In this document: piece by piece, positions 36,691 to 49,985 of the stretch | How positions within the stretch are numbered: position 1 is the first letter of the stretch | How the letters are laid out: each line of letters opens with the position of its first letter | NCBI RefSeq assembly: GCF_018977255.1 | Contig: NW_024704742.1 | Coordinates: 123,134,001 to 123,198,000, forward strand | Direction of reading: 5' to 3' | DNA from: Callorhinchus milii | Taxonomy: Eukaryota | DNA length: 64,000 bases | Translations under genes and position numbers: made by a program | Notes under the pieces: model-generated | What the model was told of the DNA's origin: nothing | Seen by the model: the letters and a program-made list of their open reading frames with translations, nothing else | The model's database searches: none

Positions 36691-37839
36691 GCCAATGTCC
36701 CAGTGAGCAGGAAGTGCTCATGATACTGCAATCACTGAGAGAGAACACTGTGAGCAAGTAGGGGAGTACATTGGAGGGGGAAAGCAGAGGTCACTCTTTA
36801 AACTACAACAGCAAATTATATTTATATAGTGCTTTTCACATCGGGCTTTCACAAAGCGCTTAAACATTTGATCTCATCTCTTTCCAAGTTACTCACATTG
36901 TTAAGGAACATAACCTAAGGTAACGTTTCTGCCCCTGCTCCCTATTAAAAAGGTTTTTAGTAGCTAAACTTTTCAAAGAAAGACATCGACTGTTCGAAGC
37001 TAATGTCATACAACTTAAACAGCAGAGACCGAGCCCCAAAAGAGATAAAGGATTTGTGATCCTTCAGACATTAAAGGGTAAATCAATAAATGTGAATGTC
37101 ATGAGGAATTAAAATAGATAGGTCATATCTGTTGAAGAACCTTACTCATTTTCTTCTTGTTTGGCAAAACTCTTATAAAACAAACCCGAGGGTGAGAAAC
37201 CTGCAGGAAAGACGATAAGGTAAACACAGCTGTAACCTTTTACAAGAGGTACTGAAGAAATGCTATTTAAGATTGTCATTAAAAGAATTTACAGTAAAAC
37301 CTGGATCAACTAAATCTGACTCTGATAAGGATAATCGGGAATACTGTACTTTCAGCAGAAGGTAAAGGGCTTTGAATTGCTTTGGTTTTAATTAGTACAA
37401 TCAGATTACAGTGCTAAGATTTTTGGTTAGTTACCTATGATATTTATACTTTGCACAGGTCTATAATAGGACTGTAGAATTACTGGCTTAAATTGGAAGC
37501 ACGCAAGCTTCCTCAGTGTGAAGCTATCTGAGTTTTCACAGGAGTCATCATGCTGGTTCTCAATGATAGGGTACAACTTGTGATGTGTGAACACCAATGG
37601 TGTTAATTAACACGGCATTGAGAAGGTGACCCGTGAGTGAGTTAAATTTACCCACCTATCCACAGACGTGCATAGTGGAAGTGGGAAATGATCACAAGCT
37701 GTGTGCTTTTCAGATAGAAAGTTGTCTAAAAATAATGCTAAAACAGAAACAAATTCAAATTTTTCCCATAAAACTAGTTTTGCCTACAAAATATACAGAC
37801 AATTCACTTTACTGGTTTTTACAAGGCCTGGAAGAGAGT

Positions 37840-38672
37840 TAACTTTCTCCAGTTGAACGTCAACAAGACCGAGGTTCTCCTGATTGGCTTCCATCAATGC
37901 CTCCTCACCTCAGGCGCCGACAGCATCACCATCCATGGTTGCACACCCCACCTTGCTAAGCCAGTCCGGAACCTTGGGGTCTTGTTCAACCCTCAACTAT
38001 CCTTTCTACCCCACATCTGTGCCATGACCCACTCTGCCTTCCCCCACCTCCGCAATGTCGCCCGGCTCCAACACTGTCTCATACCACAGGCCACCGAAAC
38101 CCTCATACACGCCTTCATTACATCAAGGCTCAACTATGCAAACTCACTGCTTGTCGGCCTCCCCAATTCCTCCCTTCACAGGCTGCAGATCATCCAGAAC
38201 TCCCGAACAAGGCTCCGCGACCCTATCACCCCCATCCTCGCCCGACTCCACTGGCTTCTCATCACACAGAGGATACAGTTCAAGATCCTGGTCCTCACCT
38301 TCAAAGCCCTCCACGGTCTTGCTCCCCCTACCTCTGCGACCTCCTAACCCCCTACCATCCTGTTCACTCCCTCTGCTCAACGGTCCCTCGCCTCACTCAC
38401 TCCACCATTGGTGGGCGGGACTTCCGGCATTCTGCCCCCACCCTCTGGAACTCCATCCCGCAGACCATCTGCCTCGCCCGCTCCCTCACCACTTTCAAGA
38501 CCCATCTCAAGACCCTCCTCTTCGACCGTGCTTTTGATCTCCCTGCTCCCCCTTGCCCTCCACCCTCCCCCACCCCGACTCCCAGCTCGGGTCCGTACCT
38601 CTGTCTGTTCAAGCCTTGGGACGTCCACCCGAGATGAAAGGCACTATATAAATATAATTTTGTTGTTGTTGT
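37840..38672 (+). mobile_element. L2 LINE 3' fragment (end of RT domain to tail)
   Basis: LNVNKTE, VRNLGVLFNPQLSF, FITSRLNYANSLL, LARLHWL and a (TTG)n tail. Confidence 0.92.
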
Positions 38673-39167
38673 TTAAAGTTTATTCTGTGAAGAGCTTTGA
38701 GACATCTCAAAGACGTGATAAGGCGCTATATCAAATGCAAGGATTATTATTATTATTATTATTACTACGGTTGACAGTATTTATTGCGATAAGGCTCCAA
38801 TGATTGTACGTTCTTTCTTTTTAGTTCTTGCTTTTTAAATGAATTGAAGGAGTAACAGTGGGGACACTACACTACAATCCACTTCCGATAAAGAAAGAGA
38901 GGAAACATCAGTCCTATTCAATAACCCCAATGTATTTATGTTTGGTTACTGGGTGAGCAAACTGCTAGCCAACATCCCACATGATTGGGGTTGGCTATGA
39001 AGCCCTTGAGAATTGGGGAACCCGTTGACAATCACTGTTAGGCAGAACAGTGGAACCTTACTCCAGCCAGCATCAACCAAGGCTAAGATAAAATGAGAGT
39101 GGAAAAAAGTGGTCCCACTCTAATCCATTGATTTCTAGCCATAGAAGACATAAGAACATGTATATCA

Positions 39168-39452
39168 GGAGTCCTGTAGCTCAGTGAGAGACCTGGGTTC
39201 GATTCTCAACAAGGCGAAACCACGGGCAAGTTTCCTTAGCTCGACATGCCTGATAATAATCCCTCAGGAAAAAAAAGCAATAATAAATTGGTCACTTCAA
39301 TCCACGACTGTTTGTGGGACACTGCTGTGTGCAATTGGCTGCCGCATTTCGCCCACAAATATACAGTCAATTCATTTTACAGTATATTCTGTGAAGCGCT
39401 TTGAGACGTCTCAAAGATGTGATAAAGCGCTATATCAAATGCAGGGATTATT
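39168..39452 (+). mobile_element. tRNA-Ala-like SINE (family A)
   Basis: Head with a small deletion, body and tail. Confidence 0.85.
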
Positions 39453-39540
39453 TATATTAATACACATGTATATAAGAACATAAGAATTTGCTAGACGAAA
39501 GAATAATAATCCTGAAACAATAATCCTTGCATTTGATACC

Positions 39541-39913
39541 ATAATAATAATCCTTGCATTTGATATAGCGCCTTATCACTTCTTTGGGATGTCTCAAAGC
39601 GCTTCACAGAATATACTGTGAAGTAAATTGACTGAATATTTTGTGGGCGAAACGCGGCAGCCAATTGCGCACAGCAGTGTCCCACAAACAGTCGTGGATT
39701 GAAGTGACCAATTTATCATTTTTTAAAAATTAATTATTACCCCCGGAAATGCGATCCACCAATCGACTAACAACCGGGTTTCTACTTACTGCTAGGTAAA
39801 CTGAGGTGTGTGGAGTACGGAAACTTGCCCAACATTTCACCCTGCCGGGAATCAAACCCAGGTCTCTCGCTTGCGAGGCGAGTGCTCTAATCACTGAGCT
39901 ACAGGACTCCACA
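39541..39913 (-). mobile_element. tRNA-Ala-like SINE (family A), long variant
   Basis: Reverse copy including the central cctagcagtaagtag segment. Anticodon-loop triplet CGC. Confidence 0.9.
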
Positions 39914-42846
39914 AATATAGCGCTTTATCATGTTGTTGAGACATCTCAAAGAGCTTCACGGGATACACTGTAAAGTGAATTCACTGTACAGTTTGTGGGC
40001 AACACAGGGCAGCCTATTGCGCAAAGCAATGTCTCACATACACTCATGGATTGAGCAACCAACTTATTATTATTATTTTATTTTTTAATTTTTTTAAGGG
40101 ATTATTAACCCCAAAAGCGATCCGCCAATCGACTAACAACCGGATTCCTAAGAAGACCAAAGTCCATTCAGTTCGCCTTCCACCATCCTGGCAGTCGCAT
40201 GCATATGCCGTGTCCCAACCCAAATATTATATCCCAAGATAATAAGAACCAAACAAGAACATATTAATATTAAGAGATAATAAAAGATAATTATATTAAT
40301 AAATAAGAAGAAGATAATAAGAACACATTTCAAATCAGAAAAATTTAGTGATTTTGTTCCATTTCCTGTTGTTTTCTGGTATGTCCCGAGGACAGATTTA
40401 TACAGTGACCCATTATCTCTGACAACTTTTGCCCTGGATTAAAGAATCACATGACCGCATTCCATTTCTTTTGGCAAAGCACATTGTGTGTAGCAATAGA
40501 GATTAGTTTACCCAATGAAATAGTCACATTAATTGTGGGGGAGGGGAATAAGTCCTCACAGCTCATTCTGTGGTAACTCAGTAATGACTTGTAAGAAATA
40601 AATCTCACGAGTGCTGTTCTCAACGCTTTAAACATAATTATAATCAACTTGTTTAGCTCCTAAATTCTATTTAAGTAGAATTGTTTCAACATAGATTTTT
40701 TCAGTACAGAAAGATGAATACAGTATAAACAGATGAGCCACTTCTTTGGGTGGGAGGTGGTGGGTGGTGTTGGAGAGACGTACTTCATATTCAGCATTGA
40801 GTAAAAAATAGCAGGCCTCCCCTTTTCATAGCCAAAGCATTTAGAAGTTAATTAATATTGACCCTGTTTGGAAAAAAATAATGCATCCTGACTTCCAATC
40901 CTTTGTTTGTGTTGATTTCTGCATGCGGCATTGCCAACATGTCTTGTTTTTCTCTTTGAAGTTCAGCAGGAAATGCTGTTAACTCCATTCAGTACCAAGT
41001 CCCATCGACACACATATTAAATACTAAGACCAATGTAATGCCTCAATAATTGTCATTAATCAACTTTTACAACTTTGTATTACTGGGCTGTACTGTGAGT
41101 CGAGCACAAATTAATGGTGAGGAGCAGAGAGAGATTTGTTATTGTTTATTGTTGACGGAACAAAAAGTTGCGGGTGAGGTTTGGGGAATAAAATCAGTAT
41201 TCTTCATTGTTGAAGAGCTTTCTGGAATTCCTATGAATCTAGATGTATTAAAATTGCCCATGCTGTAAAACCTTTATCCTGTGCCTTGGCATTTCAAGGG
41301 TTAGACTATCTCTTGATACAGCCTGGCTGTGGAGTTTGTATAAGGGTGCTTGTTTATCTTGGATGAGATCCAGACAGTGAGGCCAAATCTGGATTGCTGT
41401 TGTTGACAAGAAAACAATACGTGTCTGACCATGAGAGATTATTCAGTTCACCAACCACCTACATGATTTCCTTGTCTTTATTAGACAAGGTTAACATAGC
41501 AAATATACAGTGTTTGCAATTATTTATATGTTCTACTTATGGTGAATTTTTTTAAGATACCATTCCGGAGATAAGTTTATTTTGTTGTAAAAAAATTGAA
41601 ACTTGTTAGGTGGAAGCAATACTAACCTGGGCATCCTAGTATGTTTGACCCCCGTCATCAAAATTGACCTTGCCTTTAGTTGGATCCTAATGGTCTGCCA
41701 ATCTCCTACCAGTGCCTTTTGTGCTTGTTTTCTGTAGCTTTTATGGCCTATTTACTTGATGCCTGCAAATCATAGCTGAGCTGTGCTGCTTTCTGCGCTC
41801 AACCCAGCACAAAAAGCAATTCCTTCATTCACGTGCTTTTCCCTCTCCTTTCTTCTTCTTTTCTTCACTCTCTTTGCCTGACACAAAAATGGCAGCCTGA
41901 GGTCAGGTCATGTAAAACGAGCAAAGACACCGGATTTTTTTTTCTTTGTCTTGGCAGGGCTTGTGGAAGGGGAAAAAAAAGGGCAGTCTGTATTAGCAAG
42001 ATAATTGACTCCAAATTGTATTTTCATTTCTTTCTTTGAAAGCCAGTCAGCAGTTTAGCCTTCCAAACCTGGAATGGTTTGCAACCAGTTCTGTCTGACC
42101 TGTATTTTTAATAAAAGTATAAGTGGTAGAGTAAAATCTATCGTAACTTGGTGCCTTTTAGTTGTTTCCAGCACTTTGGGACGCTCTTCTAACGTGAAAG
42201 GCGCTATACAAATGTAATTTGTTGTTGTTAAAGACTTTTTGACGTCTCTATAAAAAGGTTATGGTAGAATTGGATATTTTGATCTTCAGTTAGACTTTTC
42301 AAACAGCTTTAAATTGGACGAACCTATGTAGTTTGGATCACTGTAATGTGTCTCTCGACAATGACGGTGCTTCATGATATGAATAAATGTTGTTCAGAAA
42401 TACTTTGTGAATTTCGCACCTCAGTGTGAGAGGGAAGGTGGGAGGGCAGCTGAGACAGTGGAGGTACTGACTCACATACAGATCTGGTGGAATGTAAACA
42501 AAGCTGAGAGGAGCTGCATGAGCAAATTGGAAGGAAACAAGCAGAGGTACTCTCTAGAACAGCGGTGACCATCAAAAAGAATCCCCCCACACCTCCCCCC
42601 CCCCACCCCCCCAACACCCCGAACATCACCACAATTCTGGATAAGTTCAATCTATAGTGTTTTCAGTTTTTTCTTGATTGAATATTTTATGATTTATGGC
42701 ATTTATGGCAAAACATTTATATTTCACCCACAAAAATATACAGTCAATTCACTTTACAGAATATTCTGTGAAGCTCTTTGAGACATCTCAAAGACGTGAT
42801 AAGGCGCTTTATCAAATGCAAGGATTATTATTTTTATAAATCAATT

Positions 42847-43169
42847 TGTGGAGTCCTGTAGCTCAGTGGTTAGAGCACTCGCTTTGCAAGCGAGAGACCT
42901 GAGTTCAATTCCAGGCAGGACGAAACCTTGGGCAAGTTTCCTTACTTCACACGCCTAATAATAATCCTTCCAAAAAAAAAACAATAATAAATTGGTCATT
43001 TTCAATCTACAACTGTTTGTAGGACATTGCTGTGCGCAATTGGCTGCCGCGTTCGCCCACAAATATACAGTCAATTCACTTTACAGTGTGTTCTGTGAAG
43101 CGCTTTGGGACATCCTCCCGACATGAAAAGTGCTATATCAAACGCAAGGATTATTATTTATTATTATTA
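42847..43169 (+). mobile_element. tRNA-Ala-like SINE (family A), young
   Basis: Full-length copy, immediately preceded by a separate SINE tail (~42720-42835). Confidence 0.9.
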
Positions 43170-43494
43170 AGAAATATTCCGTAAAGAAATTAGTGAGGCA
43201 ATATCCAGGGATGTATTTGTATTTCCTGTATATAGTCGAGTCCCATCATAATGAAGTGGTCAAGATCCATAAAATCTCAACTGATACCCGGATTCACTGT
43301 GCTTCCCTGTGAAGTGCTTTGAGACATCTCAACAATATGATAAGGTGCTATATCAAATACAAGGATCTTATCAAGAGAAGATCTAATGACAGAAGTATAA
43401 TCATCGGATTGGGAAGCCCAAATTAGAACAACAGTTTGTGAATGAAACTAGCAAACTCAGTAACCCTGGTTTATAAAATGCAGAACTTGGAACG

Positions 43495-44115
43495 TTCCAC
43501 AACATTGCCAGACCCAACCACTGCCTCACCCCTAAGGCTGCTGAAACCCTCATCCATGCATTTGTCACATCAAGGCTCGATTATGGAAACTCCCTCCTCA
43601 TTGGCCTTCCCAACTCTTCCCTTCACAAGCTGCAGATCATCCAAAACTCTCATGCACCTGGCTCCGTGACCCCATCACTGCCACCCTCGCCTGACTCCAC
43701 TGGCTCCCCATACCCCAGAGGCCATCCATGGCCTTGCCCCCTCCTACCTCTCTGACCTGCTGACTCCCTACCAACCTGCCCGCTCCCTCCATTCAGCGGG
43801 CTCTGGCCTTCTCTATGTCACCCGCCCAACCCGCCCTACCATCATTGGCCGGGCTTTCAGCTGCTCTGCCCCTACACTCTGGAACTCCATCCCACGATAC
43901 CTTTGTCTCGCTTCCTCCCTTGCCTCCTTCAAGGCCATTCTCAAGACCTTTCTCTTCGACTGTGCCTTTGGTCCCACTCCCAACTCTCTGCCTTCCGTCA
44001 CTCCTACCCTACCCCTCCCCCATGCTTGGGCCCCAACACCTGACTGTCCAACGCATTGGGACATCCTCCCGACGTGAAAGGCACTCTATAAATGTAATTT
44101 TGCTGTTGTTGTTGT
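43495..44115 (+). mobile_element. L2 LINE 3' fragment
   Basis: Degenerate ORF2 C-terminus (catttgtcacatcaaggctcgattat) and a (TTG)n tail. Confidence 0.88.
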
Positions 44116-44187
44116 TAGACCAGTGAGGCCTGGGAATCCTCCCACTCCTGTTAATCCTTCAAGTCAATGCCCTAATGGGAAGGGTGG

Positions 44188-44840
44188 TCCTAGCTGGACA
44201 AGCAGTGGGGAAGCTTTCCATACAGCGATATAAATGGCAAGCTGTGCAGTTTTAGCTGGTTAGAACCCAATAGTACACCAACGCACACCCTGAGTTCCCC
44301 AAGGTTTGGCTCTTGTCAACCTGCGCCTAATACTTTTCAGAATTAGGTAAGCAGGATGTGTCCCTCCAGGGAGAGAGTCTGCATTCCATTCCAACAATCT
44401 ATCTCTGGGATCTCCATGTGTAGGTGGGATGCATGGAGTTCTCAGTTTTTGGATACTCTTCAGCATGGATGCCAACTCGCCCGCTCCCTCCGCTCAGCCG
44501 GCTCTGGGCTGCTCCACGTCCCCCGACCCACCCGCCCCACCATTGGTGGGAGAGCCTTCAGCCACTCTATCCCCAACTTCTGGAATTCCATCCCCCAATC
44601 ACTCCGCCTCATCCCCTCCTTAGCCTCCTTCAAGTCCCGCCTCAAAACCCTCCTCTTTGACCATGTCATCGGTCACCCCCCTTCCCCTCCCCTCTCTTCC
44701 CCAACCCCAGCTCGGGTCTGAAATGCTGTACACTGTCCAGCGCCTTGGGATGTCCTCCCAACGTGAAAGGCGCTGTACAAATGTAATCTTGTTGTTGTAT
44801 GGGTTTCTGCATGTGTCAGACATCCAGCTGACCCCAAAAA
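44188..44840 (+). mobile_element. Unclassified repeat 'family D' interrupted by L2 (44471-44797)
   Basis: 44188-44470 and 44799-44835 rejoin colinearly with 19051-19335. The insert encodes ARSLRSAGSGLLHVP...GGRAFS. Confidence 0.85.
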
Positions 44841-45424
44841 ATAAAATGCAGCTCTAGCCATTACGCCATTGGAGCCATCACCTCCAATTCCCCAAATGTA
44901 ACTTCAACGTGATTTGGTTTCAGATACCAGCCCCCAGAGTTGGATAATGACTCACACAGAGGAACGGATAGAGGGAGGGAAGGATTGTACTCACTGCAGT
45001 AATCTATTGTAGGAATTTATAGTGGATCATAAACTGCGAAAACAAAGCTGGAGAGCGTTTATAACTGTCAACTGAAATACAGCCTTGGAATCACTCCTTT
45101 CTTATTGTTTTACCTTTATTTGTGTTTGTTTTCATGCCATCAGCATCTGGCAGAGCACTTCACGATGGTGTGATGCATAATGTTATCATCGATAACATCC
45201 ATTGAGGATTAGAGGGCATATCTGGCAACCTAGAGGTAAGTGGCATGTGAAATCAATGGTGAAAATATGGTTCAGAGCTACTCTAGGTCTCACTGCCCAC
45301 AGCAGCAACAGAATACAAAACAGGTAACCATAGAACATGGCATGTAAAAGTATATACTCTGTGCTGGTCTCGGTAATCTGATTCCAAGTGGGCAGATCAG
45401 CAGTATTCCAAGGCACTGTTGGAG

Positions 45425-45885
45425 GTATGATAGAGATATGTAATGAGTATTTCACCTCAATTTTTACAGAAGAGAGTGGCAGTGTAATGAGATATTGAGT
45501 GCATAAGAGGAGGATGTGCAGCAATTAGAAGGGATAACTAAAGAAAAGAAAGCGGTGCTGAAAAAATTGATGGACCTCAAAGACCAAAAGTATATGTTGG
45601 ATGGTAAAATATTAAAAGGACTGGAAGAGCAAAGGGATTTGAGGGTTAATATATATAAATTCTTAAAGGTGAGAAGGACAAAGGTGTTAAAAAAGCTAAT
45701 GTACTCTTAGGTTTTATAAATAGGGGTATAAAATATAAAAACAAGGATGAAGAGCTAATTGTAAACTTATACACAGTAATTTGTTAGTTTGACCACAGAC
45801 TGAAAGGATTCTCTTGAGGGGGTCAACACAGACATGATGGGCTGAAAGGCCTTCTTTTGTGCCATAAATTTATGTGGTTCTATGA
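45425..45885 (+). mobile_element. Old CR1 LINE fragments
   Basis: Peptides EICNEYFTSIFTEE and YMLDGKILKGLEEQRDLRV, plus the CR1 3' end gatgggctgaaaggccttctt. Confidence 0.75.
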
Positions 45886-46517
45886 TGATGGATCAGAAAA
45901 CCTTTGAGCGGCAGACCAGTTACTGTTGGTTTGGATGCGTCCCTCTCTGCTCCTGCAAGGTCTAATATTAGTCCTAACTGTATAAGCAGAGGGAAGCTTA
46001 CTTGTGTCGCTTAGGAGTATCTAAACCTTGGCCTTGCCAACCTGTTCCTAAACATTAGGGAGACATTGTGGGATTAGGTAAACAGTGTGCATCCCTCTGG
46101 GAAGAGAGTACATACCCCATACCAGACAATTGCAAACCTTACATATATGGAACTAATGTAAGTAGCTTTGTTTGGAGACTCTTAACTACGTTGATTGGTT
46201 TCCACACATGTCAGATCAAACCAAATTAATATACAATTATTCCAGGTTCGTATGATTCTCAGAAATATTTCACCCCATATAATCTTGCTGGTGCTAATTC
46301 TCCACTGCCTGCTCAAATCCTATTTCCTGCTCTCTTATGCCAATAAGATTATTCTATAGCTGTATTTTCTATAGCAAAATACCATTATGCTCAGTAGCAT
46401 CATCACACCTGGTTTCATTAGCTTCTGAACTGTCGTCACAATCTTCTGATAGAGGGCCTTAAAGAATATTTTACATGTAACTTTGAGTCGTGTTTGCGTA
46501 ACCAAGTACAAGCAAAT

Positions 46518-46554
46518 AGTTCTGACGAAGGGTCGTAGATCTGAAACGTTGACT
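46518..46554 (+). ncRNA. Minimal type I hammerhead ribozyme motif
   Basis: AGTT-CTGACGA-A-GGGTC(GTA)GATCT-GAAACGTT-GACT. Intact cores, with predicted cleavage after GUU at 46550/46551. Confidence 0.7.
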
Positions 46555-46622
46555 CACTTTTCGTTCTTCATAGATGTTGCCTGACCTGCTGAGTGTCTCC
46601 AGCGACCTCTGTTTTTGTTTTC
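46521..46622 (+). mobile_element. Solo Penelope terminal-repeat insertion
   Basis: 13-bp TSD acaagcaaatagt (46508-46520) and acaagcagatagt (46623-46635), 1 mismatch. Confidence 0.8.
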
Positions 46623-46761
46623 ACAAGCAGATAGTGATTACACGACTTTACATTACCTCTTGAATTATCAATATAATAAAATATAGTCCCCTGCAATCTA
46701 TTTTAGCAGCATTTGATCAGGAAGGTGACATCAGTAGATCAGATGAGCACTTTGAAAAGTC

Positions 46762-46945
46762 TTTTTTAGTCAGCTGAGTGTCCGACACATGCGGAAACCC
46801 ATCACCAAACCAAATGCATGCCACCCACACACAGAAATTTTCCTGTGCTTGGAATGGAATACACACTCTTCCTGGAGGGACACAACCTGCTTACCTAATT
46901 CTGGAGAGTAATAGGTGCACATTGGTGAGAACCAAGGCTTGAATG
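46762..46945 (-). mobile_element. Unclassified repeat 'family D', 3' fragment
   Basis: Minus strand ends atgtgtcggacactcagctgactaaaaaa. A more degenerate + copy lies at ~46028-46215. Confidence 0.7.
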
Positions 46946-49342
46946 TGTAAGAATCACACACTGATGTGATTGAGTCCAGCAAGGCTGGACTACAGAACTC
47001 TGCAGCATATACATGGCTGGGTGTTCAGAACTTGGTTATATTAAATAACTGAACACTGAAAATGAGTGATATGAGAGACTCACTAAGGCTTGCTGATATT
47101 TATTTAAAGAAATTATCCAAACAAAGTGACAGGAAATGACAGGAAATAACTGCTGCTTAGAATTTGGATGGAGCAGAATTTCTTCAAAGACTCCCCCAGC
47201 CCCCAAACACACACAACGGTAAAGTCTGAAGGAATGTCCCATTCCATTTTAAGACCAAATAACAGCATTGTAACCTACGAGCACAGGAAACCAACTTAGT
47301 AAATAGTTTCTCTCAACTCTGTTACTAAAAACTCTGCCTCGATAACAGCAGATTCTAGCATAGATGGGTGGATCACTAATTTAAGATGGTGGCTGTCAGG
47401 GTCTGAGAGAGATCTGATCAACACGTTAACAAACACAGGTGATAATTGAAAAACGGCAAATCTGAAACTAGGTGTTTCATTTCTCAATCTCATATTACAT
47501 ATCTCTGAAAGGTTCCCTGTGAGACAAAACATTTCTCACTGAATTGCCTTGGGCCATTCATCATAGTTCATCCCTGTAACACTGGGGATCATCCTCGGTG
47601 CTCAGCTCTGCACTGTCTCTGAAGTTCAGGTCTTATGTCATGACAACTAGAAACGTATGCAATTCTCCCGGCTTTTACATATACAACAATTTACAACAGC
47701 TTGCATTTACGTGGTGCCTTTCACACAGGATAGCATATTGAAGCACTACGCAGTGGGTAGAGTTGCGACACTGATCAAGGGTGAATGGGGAGGGGGAGGT
47801 GACCATAGACATGGGTTTACTCTTATAACTCTAGCCACAGCCACTTACTGGAAAAGGGAACAAAACCCTGAGAGAGACTATTTTATCTTGTTGCAATCGT
47901 TCCTTTTTTCCCACTTTGTTGCTACAGTATTACAGACTATTTTTACTCCTGTGGTCAGAAAACTGTCATCACTTTCTTAGGCCACCTGGGTTGTCATGAC
48001 ACCCTTTCCGTGTGTTTCAAATCATTAATTCGGCTTCCACAGTCTTCTGTATTCTGAAAAACCTCAGAAACTTGACTCATTATAATACGCCCTGCCTTTT
48101 CACAACCTTTTTAGCTACTACGCCCCGAAACTCTGGATCTCTCTATCTCAGTCCTTCCTTTTTGCCCCCTCCTTGCCCATCTTCAGATCGCATCTGAAGA
48201 CCTTCCTCTTTGACCCTGCCTAGGGTCACCTCCCCTCTACCCCCCCACCCCCATCTCAGCATCAAGTTCCGCCACTGTTAAGTGCTTGCTAACCCTAATT
48301 GGCTACCAGCATGAAGGGTGCTATATAAATGCAAGTTGTTGTTGTTTTGTTGTTGGGATAGTGTGTGCTCTTCCAAGGTAATATATAAAGGTAACAGGTG
48401 GATTTGCCCGTTCTACATTGTTCTTTTACTGCAGTTGCTATTTGTCTCTTCTACCCTCAGAATGCTTCAAACCACATCATTTGCATGAACCTTGCTAAGG
48501 ATTGTGGTCTCACAATGTCACTGCAGATCCACAGAGTCTGTATAAATTTATAACCTTACTCTCTGCAACAGAACAGATGTCAATGGGGGAAGGGGTAGAG
48601 GGGTGGTGGAGGGGAGTCTTTACACAGGGATTATAAATCCTCAATGGTTCCATTTACAAAATTCTTATTTGAAAAAAGGATGTGACATCTGCCTTTGGTG
48701 GAGAAGTTACTCTGTGTGTATGTGTGTGTGTATAAATTGTTGCATTCTCTGCAGGTTCCCTGGCCAGACTTCACATAAAGGAACACATTCATCTGAATGT
48801 ATATTCAACGTGTCCGAAGCTTTTAACACTAGTTGACTTGTGTATGTCAACCCCAAGCTCCTATGCTAAGATTTCAAATTTGTGTTTCGGCCGTTTCCAC
48901 ACTTTCCCTTGACATGGTTATACCTGAATGCTGGGAACAAAGGATAAACGTGCAGTGGAGATATCAAAACTATTGTGACTACTGTACCATACTGATAATT
49001 GTCCCTAGGTAAAATGTGCCACGGGGCAACTTGTTAATGTTGCCAACTGGGTTCTGGAGAATATTTGAACAATTCTTCAATTCAGTTCTTTTTTGTGGCT
49101 ATTTTTCTGTAGCTCTTCCTGCTACAGAAATTTAAAAATTAGACTGATTTTATGATTGTCAAAAGCTTGGTATTTAAAAGTATTGTGTCTGCTATCATTG
49201 GTAGTTTTCTGATCAGCACTGCTTGCCTGAGGCTTGAAATTCCACCGAGTCTTAGCCTATAAGATCAAATTTAGCTCCAAGATTTAAGATCAAGGAGAAT
49301 TGTGGAAAGTTCTGAAATTCAATCCTAGTTTAGACATTAATC

Positions 49343-49985
49343 TGGCTCAGTGGGTAGCTCTCTTACCACTGAGTCAGAAGTTTAGGGGTTTACAATCTAG
49401 GCTGACACTCCTATGCAATGCTGAGGGAATACTGTATTTTGTTGAAGGTGCTGTCCTTTAGATGAGATGTTCAACTGAGGTCCCGTCTGCATGTTGAGAT
49501 GGATGTTAAAGATCCCATGGAACTACTTGAAAAAGAGTGGGGAGTTTCTCCTAGCATTTTGGCTAACAGTTAATAATAATAATCCTTGCATTTGATATTG
49601 CGCTTTTCACGTCTTCTAGACATCTCAAAGCGCTTCACAAAATATGCTGTAAAGTGAATTAACCATATATTTGTGGGCGAAATGCAGCAGCCAATTGCGC
49701 ACAGCAGTGTCCCACAAACAGTCGCGGATTGAAAATGATCAATTTATTATTGCTGTTTTGTTTTGGTAGATTATTATTAGACGTGTGGAGTAAGGAAACT
49801 TGCCCAAGGTTTCGCCCACCCTAAAAAAAGTGAACTACTTCATGACTGATTAAATGCAATTGCTGGCTGCAAATTGGCTGGCTGTTGTGTTTGCCTACAA
49901 ATACAGACACTACACATCACAGTAAAATCCAGTGAAGTGCTTGGAGACATTGTAATGTTGTGCTAAGGTGCTATATCAAACAAAA
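49343..49985 (+). mobile_element. Deu-domain SINE (family B) with a nested opposite-strand family A SINE (49571-49817)
   Basis: Head and Deu domain at 49343-49570, body and tail resume at ~49830. Confidence 0.8.

Noticed and set aside
36961..37077. 117-nt open segment between AG and GT
   Set aside because: Weak acceptor and donor, unrecognised peptide, so compatible with chance.
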